From positions 1 through 64,000 of IMG/VR virus record IMGVR_UViG_3300044984_001421: DNA of 64,000 bases, one strand, 5' to 3'. The position numbers and the translations under genes are program-made. Position 1 is the stretch's first letter, and each line of letters opens with the position of its first letter. This DNA comes from a virus. The notes under the pieces were generated by a model. The model was not told the origin of the DNA, did not search any database, and saw nothing but the letters and a program-made list of their open reading frames with translations. Below, in pieces: positions 54,418 through 64,000 of this stretch.

Positions 54418-57400
54418 TCCGAATTACTCCTTAACGATTTCGCCAGCGTCTGGCCTTTAAGTTGAGCCACGAAGCCAGTGTCTGGCGGCAGCATGATAAC
54501 GTCGATGAATACGCCTTGCGGGTGGTTGTGACCGCCAGGCTGAACATCGACTACCAGATACCGCTGGCCCGGCAACGTTGTCAGTTCGCCCTCACTGCCG
54601 AGAGAGCCTGTGCCATACGTCGGCGTTGCTTTGCACCCTGCCGCGCAGCGAATCCGCATCTTGATCTGCTTGCCGTCCCCGTTCGTAAAGTGCGGCGAGT
54701 CGCCCCAGCTTTCGTGGAACGAGGTACACATCGAGTCCGTGTTCTGCAGTATAGCGCCCGGCTTGGTGGCGAGAAGCTGCTTGGTCATCGACTTGCCAGC
54801 CGTGTCGTCGTCCATCCATCGCCACATCTGCGTGCCTTCAGGAAGATCCACAGCGTCGTCGTAGATGCCAGCCGTCACCTTGTTGATCGGCGTCGAGTCG
54901 TATGACGACTTGCCATGCGACCACAGATGGTTTGCAGCACCAGAACCCTGCACACTTGAGATGTAGGTCTTGGTCGTGCTCCTGACCTTTTGATAGGCAG
55001 CCTTGAGCATTCCAGCGAACGATGTTCCTGACTTCTGCCAGAACCACTTCGTCCTTTTCAACAACGCGACAGCATCGCCTTCATCGATCTGGCACAACTT
55101 CATGAAGTACCCGAGACGGTGCTCCTGCGGGATTGTCGTCACGTTCTGGCCTGGCGCGAAAGAACCGACCGCATCGGCAATCTCGCTGACCAGACCGAAG
55201 CTGCCAAGCGACGGCATCTCCAATGTTTCGACAGGAGGATAGCCAATCGACTGCAGCGTCTGGACCAGCGACGCCCACTGCTGCTGGATGTGGTTGGAAG
55301 GATGCTCTGTAATCGGCTTCTTGCCGATGGACTGGCCGGTCTCCTTGTCCACCGCGTCGTAGTGGTAATCCTTCAACGCCTTCAGGTTGCCTTGCATGGC
55401 GAAGGCTGCCAGAGCCGCGCTGTCGGCGCTGTTTTTGTCGTTGACGTGCTGCTTCGAAGATACCGGCTTTCCGCCGTTCAGCGTGTTGAAGTCAAGCGGC
55501 GGCTTGATGTCGGCCGGGTCGACGGTCAGCTTTGTCTCATCGACCGGAGGCGTATCCCACTGGTCGACAATTCCCATCTGCTTCAGGACGTCAGCGCGCC
55601 TGGCAATCAGCTTCTTGGCAAGCGCGGCCTTTTCCGCATCCGTGCCAGGCCCGGCAATTTTGCAGAGTTCTTCGATTTGCGACGGCTTCAACTTGTTCAA
55701 CTGCTTGCCACCCCAGGCAATCGATGCGTCCGTAGCGCCGGCAAAGACCGCCGCAGCCTTGGCGTTCTTGCCGTAGTCCTTCATGGTCTTCAACTCGGCA
55801 ACCGTGTCGCCGAAGTCCGCGCCCTTCTTGCCGCCCATGGCACGGTAGTCGAGCGAACCGCCCACGTCGATGCGGACAGCGCCGCCTGAACTGTTGAGCA
55901 GCAGGTTGTCGTTCGCCATGCCGACGACATCCCAGTTGCCGATCCAGGCGTCGATGGCGAATGCCTGGTGTGCGCCAGCTGCGCTGGCAAGATTCTCAGC
56001 GCTGCCCTTCTTCATCCCATCAACCCACTTCGAGGCGATACCCAGCTTGCCGTCCTTTTCGACCAGCTTCAGCGTCGGAACATCGACGCCAAGCATCTGG
56101 TAGAACTTGGCAGCCAGGAATTCGCTGCGCACCATTTCGGCGTCGGCCGGGAACTTGCAATACCACTCCTGCCCGCCTTTGTCCTTGAACTTTCCGCCAG
56201 GGTTTGAACCCAACTGCGGACCAGTCTGCGGCCAGGAATCCATTACCGAAACGTGGTCGCCAAGCTTTGACTTGGCAATCGAGATCGGCGCTGCCGGTTC
56301 AACTTTGTGCCAATGGCCGTTTTGGAACACCAGCATGCCATCCGCGCCCTGCTTGGTATCGCCGTCCTTCGGGCTGGCAGATTGAGCGGCAGTAGAACCC
56401 AGTGCAGCGGGGTCAACGCCTTCTGCTTCCGGATCGAACTTGCCAAGCGCAGCGGCATGCATTTGCTGGCAGAACTTGTAGAACTGTTGACGACGAACAA
56501 GCGTCGAGATCGATGTACATTTTCCTGTTTTGAATCCAGTGACGTTTTGCTTCGCCGAAACAGAGCCGTCGTTGTGGAAAGTGACGTACTGCTTCAACCC
56601 TGTAACTCCGCCATTCAATACTGCGTTCTTTATCGCAGTCGAGATGTTGACGTAGATTTTTGAGTTTTGATGCGGATCAAGCGTCTCGTAATCCGGTACC
56701 GGAACTGCCGCTATCTGCTGCGCCTTGGTCAGTTTTTTCTTCTTCTTGAAGACGATGACAATCGGCGGAATCTCGGTGGGTATTGGCTCGAAGCCGGAAG
56801 AGCCGACATAGCTGTAACCGTTTGCGCCCTTCATTCCGACCAGCTTGATCGCAGCCTTGACCGCCGCGTCGTTGCTGGCATGGACTTCGTCGCCGCTGTG
56901 GCCTTTCTGCCCGATCTTGCCGTAGGTCTTGGTCAAAACAGTGCCATGGACCTCGACCTTGTAGAACTTGTTGTGCCCTGGTTTTTTGTTTTCCATGTGC
57001 GCAATCCACTTGTACCCGGTGGCAGGCTGCGCAGCAGGAGCCGCAGGAGCTGCAGCCACACCCTTGATCTTGTCCAGCATTCCGGAATCCGGCATGTGAA
57101 CGCCGAACATCTTGTCCAGCGTGTTGCGGACGTCGTTTTTGTCGAACGCGGACCATGGGCCAGAACCGCTACCATCGGCATCGGATGTGCCAATTTGGTA
57201 CTCTTTCAGGTCATTGTCCCAGCCCACATAGATGGTTGATGTGGCTGTGTGCTCAAGCAGGATCACGTTGTTCCCGCTGAACCCTTCGTCGTTCATCGAC
57301 ACTTGCCAGGTGCCGGATGGCGCAGGAGCATCGGACGCTGCCGGCTTGGCCGATTCCTGCTCGGCCTTTTCCTTCAGAAACTCCTGCTGTCCATTGGTCA

Positions 57401-60041
57401 AAGAATGCCAAAGCGCCCACATGGTCTTGTCCGTGTTGTCGGTCTGCGGCATGCCAGCCGAGATCCACAACTTGAGCGCGTGCTCGTCTTCAGCAGACAC
57501 ATTGGATGGAGCAACCTGCAAGTGCCAGCGACCGTTGAACAGGACGTAGTTCTTGCCGTTGATTTCCTTGACGTCGCCCTCTTTCGGCCCGCCTTCCTGC
57601 GTTTTCTGGCCTGGATGAAAGGCCAGGTTGAGCATCTTTATCGGGTCAGCGCCTTCGTTCTGGACAGCAACCTCGACCGCAAGTTCATAGGACGCTGAGT
57701 GCATCGGCGGCGATGCGGGAGCAGGAATCTCGCCGGCCAGCATCGAGAACATGGCAGCCTTCCAGCCGTTCTTGCTGTAATCCTGTCCGGTCAAGATGTT
57801 CTTCCAGGAGCCGTCCTTCTGCTTCTGGTAGTTGTGCCCTTTGTACGAAGCGTTCACCGCCATCTTGCCAGCGGCAGCATCCATCTTGCCGGCCGTTTGC
57901 ATGGCCTGGTCGAGCGCGTACATCGGAGAAGACCAGCCGTCGCCGTCCAGTTCATCGTCGATGAACGACTGATAGAAGCCATCGGCAGTCTTGACGACCT
58001 TCACATGGTGCCCGTTTACGTTGTCGAACAACACAGTCTCGCCGGCAGCAGGAGGAACGTCAGGCATTACCGGAGCACCGACCTTGCCGCCTTGTTTCTT
58101 GTTTTCCGCCTTCAAGTGCTGGACTGCCGTCTTCAACGCGGAAGGTTTCAGCCCTGCGTTGTTCGCCAGAGCCGTAACGACACGCTCCAGCGCTTCACTC
58201 GGAACGTGGGCGAGGACCGACATATGATCAATCACGGCGTTGATTGCTTCCTGCGACGGCATGTCGGGAGTGGATGGCTTCGAAGCTGCAAGCCACTGCT
58301 CTCCTGCCTTGTCGATCAAGTGACCAACTTTATCCAGCCCATGCTTGGCAATCGCCGCACTTATGTGCTGCTGGCCGTTCAGTTCCTCGTAAGTCATTGC
58401 TTCGTGCTGCTCGACAGTCGGCACCTTGCCGGCATCGAGCGAGGCGTGCCAGCCATCAACGCCAGGGATGGTGTGCGGGTCAACGTCTGGCGCGACCTCT
58501 GATTCATGCAGCCACACGGCAACCTGCTTCGGGTTGAATCCGTTCTTTTGATACGTCCCTTGATCGACACTGGATAGGTGGGCATACACCGTCTCGTCGG
58601 CCGAGAGCTTTGCGCCGATGGCGAGCAGATACCACTTGCCACCGTCGTAATCGACGACCTTCTTGTCGGCCATCTTCGCCTGGTATTCTGCCTTTTCTTT
58701 TTCGGCTAAAGACGGCGACTTGTGCCAACGCCCGTCCTTGAAGGTCAGCGTCCCGCCTTCGCCTTGCTTGGTGTCGCCATCCTTCGGCGAATCATCCGCT
58801 TGCAGCACCACCTTTGCAGTACCGGCAGCGAGCGCAGCGTGCAGCGTCTCCTTCGGGATTGAGACGGTGTTCTTCGGGCCAGGCACCGTCGCTCCGACCT
58901 TGTGCATCTGGTAGGAGTCTGCGCTCTGGTTGTAGATCGTCCAGTCGCCCGCGTTCATCTTGGCGTACTGGCTGTCCAGCTTCAGCACAGCGCCGGTCTT
59001 GAGGTCCGGGTGCTTGGCAGGCTCTGGTACCGGAGCGGCAATGTTCGCGGCATTCCAGCCGACAGACCACTCCTGCAGCGCGTCCATGTATTCGGCATAC
59101 GGCAGATGGTTGTGCGCCTGCAAGAAGTCCTGGTCGATACCTGCTGCGTGCGGCTTTCCAGCAGCGAACGCCGCTGCGCCGTATTCCTTCGGGGTCATGG
59201 GCTTCTTGTCGTTCGCATCGACATGAACAGGCGACGTGTCGCTGTTTTCCGTTTTCTTCGACACGACACCCATCAATGCCTCGGCCTTTTCAGCGCCAAT
59301 GGCCGACTCGATATCTGTCGCCATTTTGGCGACTTTGACCGGGTACTTAGCTGCGTACTCGAAGTACGCCTTCTTCTGGCCGGAAGTCGGCGTCTGGCCG
59401 GCGAGCATTGCCGCCTTCCAGCCCGAAACAGCAGCGGACAGCGAAGCCTCGGCCTGCAGATCGGTGGCGTGCGCCAGGACCAGCATCGCCTTGTCGTGGT
59501 CGCCAAGCGCGCCGAAGTCTTTCAGTTCCGCCGACAGCTTCTTGTGCGCGGCTTTCTGGTAGTGCGAGCCTTGGCCGTTTCCGACCTTGGCATGGTCGTG
59601 GTCGTCCGAGACGTTGACCATCTTGTGATGGGCATGGATTACCGTGCCGTCCTTCTTCACCGACGCAGGAATCCACATCTCCTTTTTCACGGTCGCCTTC
59701 AGCAAGTCCTCGGTGAACACCAGTATTGACTTGTGAATCGGCACGCCGGAAGACTTCGCGTTCTGAACAGCCGCATGCAACTGCTCGGCGGTTGCACCTT
59801 CGCCGCCGAATAGATCGTTCGTGCATTTTTCAGGCTTCTTCATGCATTCGTCAGAGAACGGCGACGCCTTCATGGGTGGTGCTTTCGGACGGGCGAACAG
59901 ATCAGACGTGTGCGCGTCCTTGGAGGCTCCGCGCGAGTTTGAATGCGGTGACACCTGGACGACGCGACCGTTGGCAAGGCGACGCTCGTAGCCACGCACA
60001 GCGCCCTTGATGATGTCGGTGACGAAAAACATGATGGTCAT
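54330..60041 (-). CDS. Giant polyvalent protein: WGR + HipA/PI3K-like kinase + ADP-ribosyltransferase
   Basis: NKFYKVEV..YGKIGQKG (WGR); GSNPGG..WYCK..E.LAAKFY..DAWIGNWDVVG..N..RIDVG (kinase); MWRW..CTS..EGE (R-S-E ART). Confidence 0.75.
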   Translation of the reverse strand: MTIMFFVTDIIKGAVRGYERRLANGRVVQVSPHSNSRGASKDAHTSDLFARPKAPPMKASPFSDECMKKPEKCTNDLFGGEGATAEQLHAAVQNAKSSGVPIHKSILVFTEDLLKATVKKEMWIPASVKKDGTVIHAHHKMVNVSDDHDHAKVGNGQGSHYQKAAHKKLSAELKDFGALGDHDKAMLVLAHATDLQAEASLSAAVSGWKAAMLAGQTPTSGQKKAYFEYAAKYPVKVAKMATDIESAIGAEKAEALMGVVSKKTENSDTSPVHVDANDKKPMTPKEYGAAAFAAGKPHAAGIDQDFLQAHNHLPYAEYMDALQEWSVGWNAANIAAPVPEPAKHPDLKTGAVLKLDSQYAKMNAGDWTIYNQSADSYQMHKVGATVPGPKNTVSIPKETLHAALAAGTAKVVLQADDSPKDGDTKQGEGGTLTFKDGRWHKSPSLAEKEKAEYQAKMADKKVVDYDGGKWYLLAIGAKLSADETVYAHLSSVDQGTYQKNGFNPKQVAVWLHESEVAPDVDPHTIPGVDGWHASLDAGKVPTVEQHEAMTYEELNGQQHISAAIAKHGLDKVGHLIDKAGEQWLAASKPSTPDMPSQEAINAVIDHMSVLAHVPSEALERVVTALANNAGLKPSALKTAVQHLKAENKKQGGKVGAPVMPDVPPAAGETVLFDNVNGHHVKVVKTADGFYQSFIDDELDGDGWSSPMYALDQAMQTAGKMDAAAGKMAVNASYKGHNYQKQKDGSWKNILTGQDYSKNGWKAAMFSMLAGEIPAPASPPMHSASYELAVEVAVQNEGADPIKMLNLAFHPGQKTQEGGPKEGDVKEINGKNYVLFNGRWHLQVAPSNVSAEDEHALKLWISAGMPQTDNTDKTMWALWHSLTNGQQEFLKEKAEQESAKPAASDAPAPSGTWQVSMNDEGFSGNNVILLEHTATSTIYVGWDNDLKEYQIGTSDADGSGSGPWSAFDKNDVRNTLDKMFGVHMPDSGMLDKIKGVAAAPAAPAAQPATGYKWIAHMENKKPGHNKFYKVEVHGTVLTKTYGKIGQKGHSGDEVHASNDAAVKAAIKLVGMKGANGYSYVGSSGFEPIPTEIPPIVIVFKKKKKLTKAQQIAAVPVPDYETLDPHQNSKIYVNISTAIKNAVLNGGVTGLKQYVTFHNDGSVSAKQNVTGFKTGKCTSISTLVRRQQFYKFCQQMHAAALGKFDPEAEGVDPAALGSTAAQSASPKDGDTKQGADGMLVFQNGHWHKVEPAAPISIAKSKLGDHVSVMDSWPQTGPQLGSNPGGKFKDKGGQEWYCKFPADAEMVRSEFLAAKFYQMLGVDVPTLKLVEKDGKLGIASKWVDGMKKGSAENLASAAGAHQAFAIDAWIGNWDVVGMANDNLLLNSSGGAVRIDVGGSLDYRAMGGKKGADFGDTVAELKTMKDYGKNAKAAAVFAGATDASIAWGGKQLNKLKPSQIEELCKIAGPGTDAEKAALAKKLIARRADVLKQMGIVDQWDTPPVDETKLTVDPADIKPPLDFNTLNGGKPVSSKQHVNDKNSADSAALAAFAMQGNLKALKDYHYDAVDKETGQSIGKKPITEHPSNHIQQQWASLVQTLQSIGYPPVETLEMPSLGSFGLVSEIADAVGSFAPGQNVTTIPQEHRLGYFMKLCQIDEGDAVALLKRTKWFWQKSGTSFAGMLKAAYQKVRSTTKTYISSVQGSGAANHLWSHGKSSYDSTPINKVTAGIYDDAVDLPEGTQMWRWMDDDTAGKSMTKQLLATKPGAILQNTDSMCTSFHESWGDSPHFTNGDGKQIKMRIRCAAGCKATPTYGTGSLGSEGELTTLPGQRYLVVDVQPGGHNHPQGVFIDVIMLPPDTGFVAQLKGQTLAKSLRSNSEWDKKETVIVYRQEPSRTRQARPVLAILM

Positions 60042-60044
60042 TGA

Positions 60045-61145
60045 TCAACCCTTCTTTAGATTCTGTTTCAGCCAGGCATCGAACTGGCTGTTGCTGCCAC
60101 TAACCGTCTTCGTCAGTTTTTCCCACATGCCACGGCAATGCGGGTGGAACACGCCAGAAGAAGGCTTCCACATTTCAGAGTCCATGCGCTTGACCAGGCC
60201 GGTCGGCGTTTTCTTGTACGGCGATGAGGATCGGCCGACGTTGTTCTTGCCGACCCAAACCTGGGTGTCCCAGTTCTTCTCTTTGGCATCCGGCGACACG
60301 ACGTCGAAGACCTTCCCGTTGACCGAAGTGCAGAACGCGCAAGCGCCGTCGTAACGCTCATGCCGGCGCACCTGATCACCCACTGCGCACGATGCGATAA
60401 ACCCTTGGTTCGCGTTTTCGCCAGCCTCTGTAACGGCAATTCGCCGCCAGTCACGATTCATGTCGCCGAAGTCGTCCAGCAGCTTCTGCTGCAACGAGGT
60501 CCGACCTTCCTTGTCTGGCACGCCGAGAAACTTCTGCTCCTGCCAGTCGATGATCGAAGTCTTGAGTTTGGCGCGCATCTTATCGGTGATGCTGGTCACG
60601 TACTGGCAGCAGCGAGCCGATCCGAACTCCATCGCGGCTTTTTGCTGGCTTGCCATGCCGCCAAACATCGCCTCTGTGGATTTGATGCTGAACGGTGCAG
60701 CCATCATCAGCGCGGTCGCCTGCGCAAACGTGATGCCGCTGGCGCGCGCCTGGACTTGCCCCATGATGTTCGAGCGAACAGCCAACCATTCGGCTTCTTG
60801 CAACATCACGTCCTGCGGGAAGTAGCGCTGGACGAGGTAATCGACAACCATCATCCAGTCATCAAGCGTGAACAGTTCTGGCGGGACGTTTTCAAGGTAA
60901 TGCCGCGCGGCCGAAAGCTCTCCAGGAGTCCATCTCTGGACCGAACCAGGCGTGACGACATAGCCAGGCCGGTCCTTGTTATCCAGCCAGCGAGACAACT
61001 CGGACTGCAGCGCGCCGAATTTATCCAGCCCCTTGTTGGTCCATTGCTCGATCAGGTGGCGGATAAACTGCGACTCATGCGGTCGCCATGGGTCATCGCC
61101 CGGACGGGCAGCCTTCAAGAGTTCTTCGTCGCAGTGTTCGCACAT
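60045..61145 (-). CDS. MuF-like minor head morphogenesis protein
   Basis: RIAVTE..N.G; CAFC; HPHCRG. Confidence 0.75.
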   Translation of the reverse strand: MCEHCDEELLKAARPGDDPWRPHESQFIRHLIEQWTNKGLDKFGALQSELSRWLDNKDRPGYVVTPGSVQRWTPGELSAARHYLENVPPELFTLDDWMMVVDYLVQRYFPQDVMLQEAEWLAVRSNIMGQVQARASGITFAQATALMMAAPFSIKSTEAMFGGMASQQKAAMEFGSARCCQYVTSITDKMRAKLKTSIIDWQEQKFLGVPDKEGRTSLQQKLLDDFGDMNRDWRRIAVTEAGENANQGFIASCAVGDQVRRHERYDGACAFCTSVNGKVFDVVSPDAKEKNWDTQVWVGKNNVGRSSSPYKKTPTGLVKRMDSEMWKPSSGVFHPHCRGMWEKLTKTVSGSNSQFDAWLKQNLKKG

Positions 61146-61168
61146 TGCAACAGTCTTGCGTCACGACA

Positions 61169-61618
61169 CTAAGCCGCCAGAAGGATCGCCATCATTTCAA
61201 GTTCGACGTCAACGAACTCTGCCGACGCACTGCAGTCTGCTGCGCCGACAGAATCAACTGAGGCGGATGCGACAAGCCGTACCGACTTCACCCTGCCGGA
61301 AGCAGAAACGTCCGCGCCGATTTGCTCTGCCGATATGCTGCCAGATAGAACGCGGCGAAGCTGCCGCTCGATTTCCTGGCGCTGATACTCCGCGACGATG
61401 AATGATGTCGACGGGATGATTCCGTGACGCCCGCCAGGCTGTCCGCCTGCGTACTGACCGACGGAGGCGAGTCTGAGCGATGCATTGCCGGATACTTCGA
61501 GTGCCCCGCACTCAACATCAATGTCACCGTGCAGGATTTCGCTGCGCGCACTTCGGCCTAACCCATTGGCAACGAGTACGTCACCGAATAGTCCAAGTCC
61601 GCGTGCAACCAGTGCCAT
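61169..61618 (-). CDS. Hypothetical protein
   Basis: 149-aa ORF in the late operon. Confidence 0.5.
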   Translation of the reverse strand: MALVARGLGLFGDVLVANGLGRSARSEILHGDIDVECGALEVSGNASLRLASVGQYAGGQPGGRHGIIPSTSFIVAEYQRQEIERQLRRVLSGSISAEQIGADVSASGRVKSVRLVASASVDSVGAADCSASAEFVDVELEMMAILLAA

Positions 61619-61643
61619 CGTCAGCCCACCTTGTCTTCAAACA

Positions 61644-63773
61644 TTACTGCAATCTCTCTCGGTGCTCTGCACCTTTACCTCGATACGTTTGTGTCTTAGC
61701 CGCATCTTCGTGCAACTGTGCCGTAAGGTACGGTGTCACGCCATCATCAGCATAGACGGTCATAACGCCAGTTGTCGGGTCAGTGACCGTTTTGTTCCTC
61801 AAAATCGCACTACATATCAGCATCTTGTCTGCAAAATCTACGGCTGTTGCGTGCGTCCATACCGCATCTGATACTTCGGTTTTGGTCGGGATCAAAGCAA
61901 TCAGTTCTGCCAGCGTCATATCGCCATCCTCTGTATAGATAATTGTGCCAAGCGTATCGATGGTGGATAGCGACCCCACCGAAGACGTAATGGCCGCACC
62001 GATAAGCGACTTCGTGCGGAGTATATCGAACGCACCAAACCCTACGGTAACTTGCGATCCAGTAACGCTGGCAGATCGTTCATTCGAAAGCGCACCAGCC
62101 GATGTCGTCGCCGAAGCGCCAGATAGTGCGATTGTTTTGTCGCATACAAGAGAACCTTCTGAGACATGGATTTCATCGCCATCAACCACCGCTGATCTGG
62201 CGATAGTGAACGTGCCAACGTCAGCCGAAACATGAGCACCGGTAAGCGCGACCAGAATCTCTTTGACCGGCGTAACAGTACCAACTGAAGTTGTCGTCTG
62301 AGAGCCAACTAATGCAGCAGTTTTTCCTACGGTGGCTGATAGTGCGCCAACAGATGTTGTGGCCGACACACCAGCCAAAGCTACAGTCTTCGCGTGACCC
62401 AATATCCCGGTTGAAGTTGCGGCATTCGCGCCAGTCAGTATGGCCGTTTGCGCGACCGTAGCGACCAGCGTACCAGCATCGGTTGTGGCCGCGCTGCCAG
62501 AAAGCGGCTTGCTGACTTGAAGCGCTGTGGTGCCTGCCGATACCGTGACTTCCGCCCCGATAAGCGCCGCCTGCTTGGACTCAGCGTAGCTGACAGACCC
62601 GGATGACGCAGTGACCGACGTTCCTGTCAGTGCGACGGTCTTCGCGTGCGCCAGCGTACCAGCAGCGGTCGTTACTTCCGACCCAACCAGCGATGCTGCG
62701 CCTTCTACGACTGCGACAACTGTGCCAGCCTGGGTCGAGACTGATGAGCCAGCGAGTGCTACCGCGTTTGCTTGCGCCAGCGTACCGGCTGAGGCAGCGA
62801 CTTGCTGCCCGGTAAGGGCTGCGGTCTTAGCATGGGCCAGTGCCCCCGCTGATGCTGCGACTTGTTCTCCAGTCAGCGCCCTCGTATTAACAACCGAGAG
62901 CGTGCCGGTTGAGGCCATGACTTGCTGGCCGGTCAGTGCAGCGGACTGTGCGGCGGTGGCTGTGAGCGTGCCGGCGTGAGTTACTACAGACACCCCAGAG
63001 ATCGCGGAAGTTACGTCCGCACTGCCCAGTGCGTCGAACTGAACCCACGACACCTTGACGCTGATGATGTGGAGCGTGCCCGCCGAAGCTGTGACTGAGC
63101 CGCCTGTCAGTGCAGCGGATTGTGCGACGGTCGCGGAGAGCGTGCCGGCTTGTGTGGTTGATGCCGCTCCCGCGAGTGCCTTGATGTGCTGCTCGGAGAT
63201 GCTACCCGTAGAGGCAGTCGCTGCGCTGCCAGTCAGCGCGACAGTCTTTGATTGCGCCAGCGTACCGGCTGAGACAGCGACTTGCTGCCCGGTAAGGGCT
63301 GCGGCCTTCGCGTGCGCCAGCGTGCCAGTTGAGGCAATCGCTTGATCGCCGGTCAGCGCCTTTGTATTGACAGCCGAGAGCGTTCCGGTTGAAACGAGGA
63401 CTTGTTGGCCGGTCAGCGCAGCGGACTGTGCGACGGTGGCTGTGATAGTACCCGCCTGAGATGCTGCCGAAGACCCAGCCAGCGCCTTGCTGCTCTGTAC
63501 CGACACACTACCTGCTGTGGCAGTGAGTGCGCTTCCAGTCAGGGCAACATTGATGTCCGTTACCGCAGAAGCGGTGATTGTCCCGGTGGACGTTGTGACC
63601 GCACTACCACTCAGTTCAAGTGACTGAACCGCCGCAATCGTGCCGACCGACGCTGTTACCGCTGATCCAACGAGCGCAACAGATACGTCCGTCACCGCCA
63701 GTGCATCGAACTGCACCCACGAGACTTTTACGTCTACTGCTGCAGACTTGCCATAGATTAGCAGCAGCGACAT
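61644..63773 (-). CDS. Ala/Thr/Ser-rich ~21-aa-repeat putative virion fibre/decoration protein
   Basis: More than 20 ALTG....S.GTL repeats; VKVSWVQFDAL twice. Confidence 0.65.
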   Translation of the reverse strand: MSLLLIYGKSAAVDVKVSWVQFDALAVTDVSVALVGSAVTASVGTIAAVQSLELSGSAVTTSTGTITASAVTDINVALTGSALTATAGSVSVQSSKALAGSSAASQAGTITATVAQSAALTGQQVLVSTGTLSAVNTKALTGDQAIASTGTLAHAKAAALTGQQVAVSAGTLAQSKTVALTGSAATASTGSISEQHIKALAGAASTTQAGTLSATVAQSAALTGGSVTASAGTLHIISVKVSWVQFDALGSADVTSAISGVSVVTHAGTLTATAAQSAALTGQQVMASTGTLSVVNTRALTGEQVAASAGALAHAKTAALTGQQVAASAGTLAQANAVALAGSSVSTQAGTVVAVVEGAASLVGSEVTTAAGTLAHAKTVALTGTSVTASSGSVSYAESKQAALIGAEVTVSAGTTALQVSKPLSGSAATTDAGTLVATVAQTAILTGANAATSTGILGHAKTVALAGVSATTSVGALSATVGKTAALVGSQTTTSVGTVTPVKEILVALTGAHVSADVGTFTIARSAVVDGDEIHVSEGSLVCDKTIALSGASATTSAGALSNERSASVTGSQVTVGFGAFDILRTKSLIGAAITSSVGSLSTIDTLGTIIYTEDGDMTLAELIALIPTKTEVSDAVWTHATAVDFADKMLICSAILRNKTVTDPTTGVMTVYADDGVTPYLTAQLHEDAAKTQTYRGKGAEHRERLQ

Positions 63774-63776
63774 GGA

Positions 63777-63983
63777 TTAGCTCACTTCACCTGCAGGTGC
63801 TAGTCCGTTGGTAACCAAGTACGTGTAGATCGCATATGACAAGTCGTCTCTCCTGGTCAGCCCAGGCGTGGACATAGCGTCCAGTATTACAGACGTGTTC
63901 TCAGGCGAGATCGAAAGTTCCAGACAGTCAATCTCGTTCCACTCGCCATCTTCTTTAACGTACCCCTTGCGCAGAGTGACCAT
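63777..63983 (-). CDS. Small hypothetical protein
   Basis: ORF abutting the repeat gene. Confidence 0.45.
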   Translation of the reverse strand: MVTLRKGYVKEDGEWNEIDCLELSISPENTSVILDAMSTPGLTRRDDLSYAIYTYLVTNGLAPAGEVS

Positions 63984-64000
63984 TGCGCTGCCGTCTGCAT

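Overview
About 64 kb of a temperate, contractile-tailed phage genome. The host is probably a betaproteobacterium (inferred from SSB, H-NS and attC style). The intact attP (3' half of tRNA-Val(CAC)) has phage genes on both sides, so this is the excised or virion form, not a prophage. Layout: lambdoid cro/cI switch, Bet/YqaJ/SSB and xis/int (1-9.2 kb, mostly +); tail fibre, baseplate, tail, lysis, neck and head genes with a Twort/K-like capsid and sheath (9.5-34.7 kb, -); a cluster of putative virion-packaged effector genes that share an N-terminal LLKSH..RKDG tag, plus a tRNA/ncRNA cluster (34.7-43 kb and 52.7-61 kb, -); and an inverted accessory island (43.3-52.7 kb, +). Main observations: (1) a four-cassette integron-type attC array inside the phage, with all genes antisense to the attC sites and one cassette encoding a Tad1-like anti-Thoeris protein; (2) a modular putative capsid-cargo tag on NUDIX, WGR-kinase-ADP-ribosyltransferase and other proteins; (3) a 13-copy GTCGTGACG late-promoter motif with six ATGs at an identical offset, suggesting leaderless mRNAs. 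All assignments come from reading sequence motifs by eye; no database searches were run.
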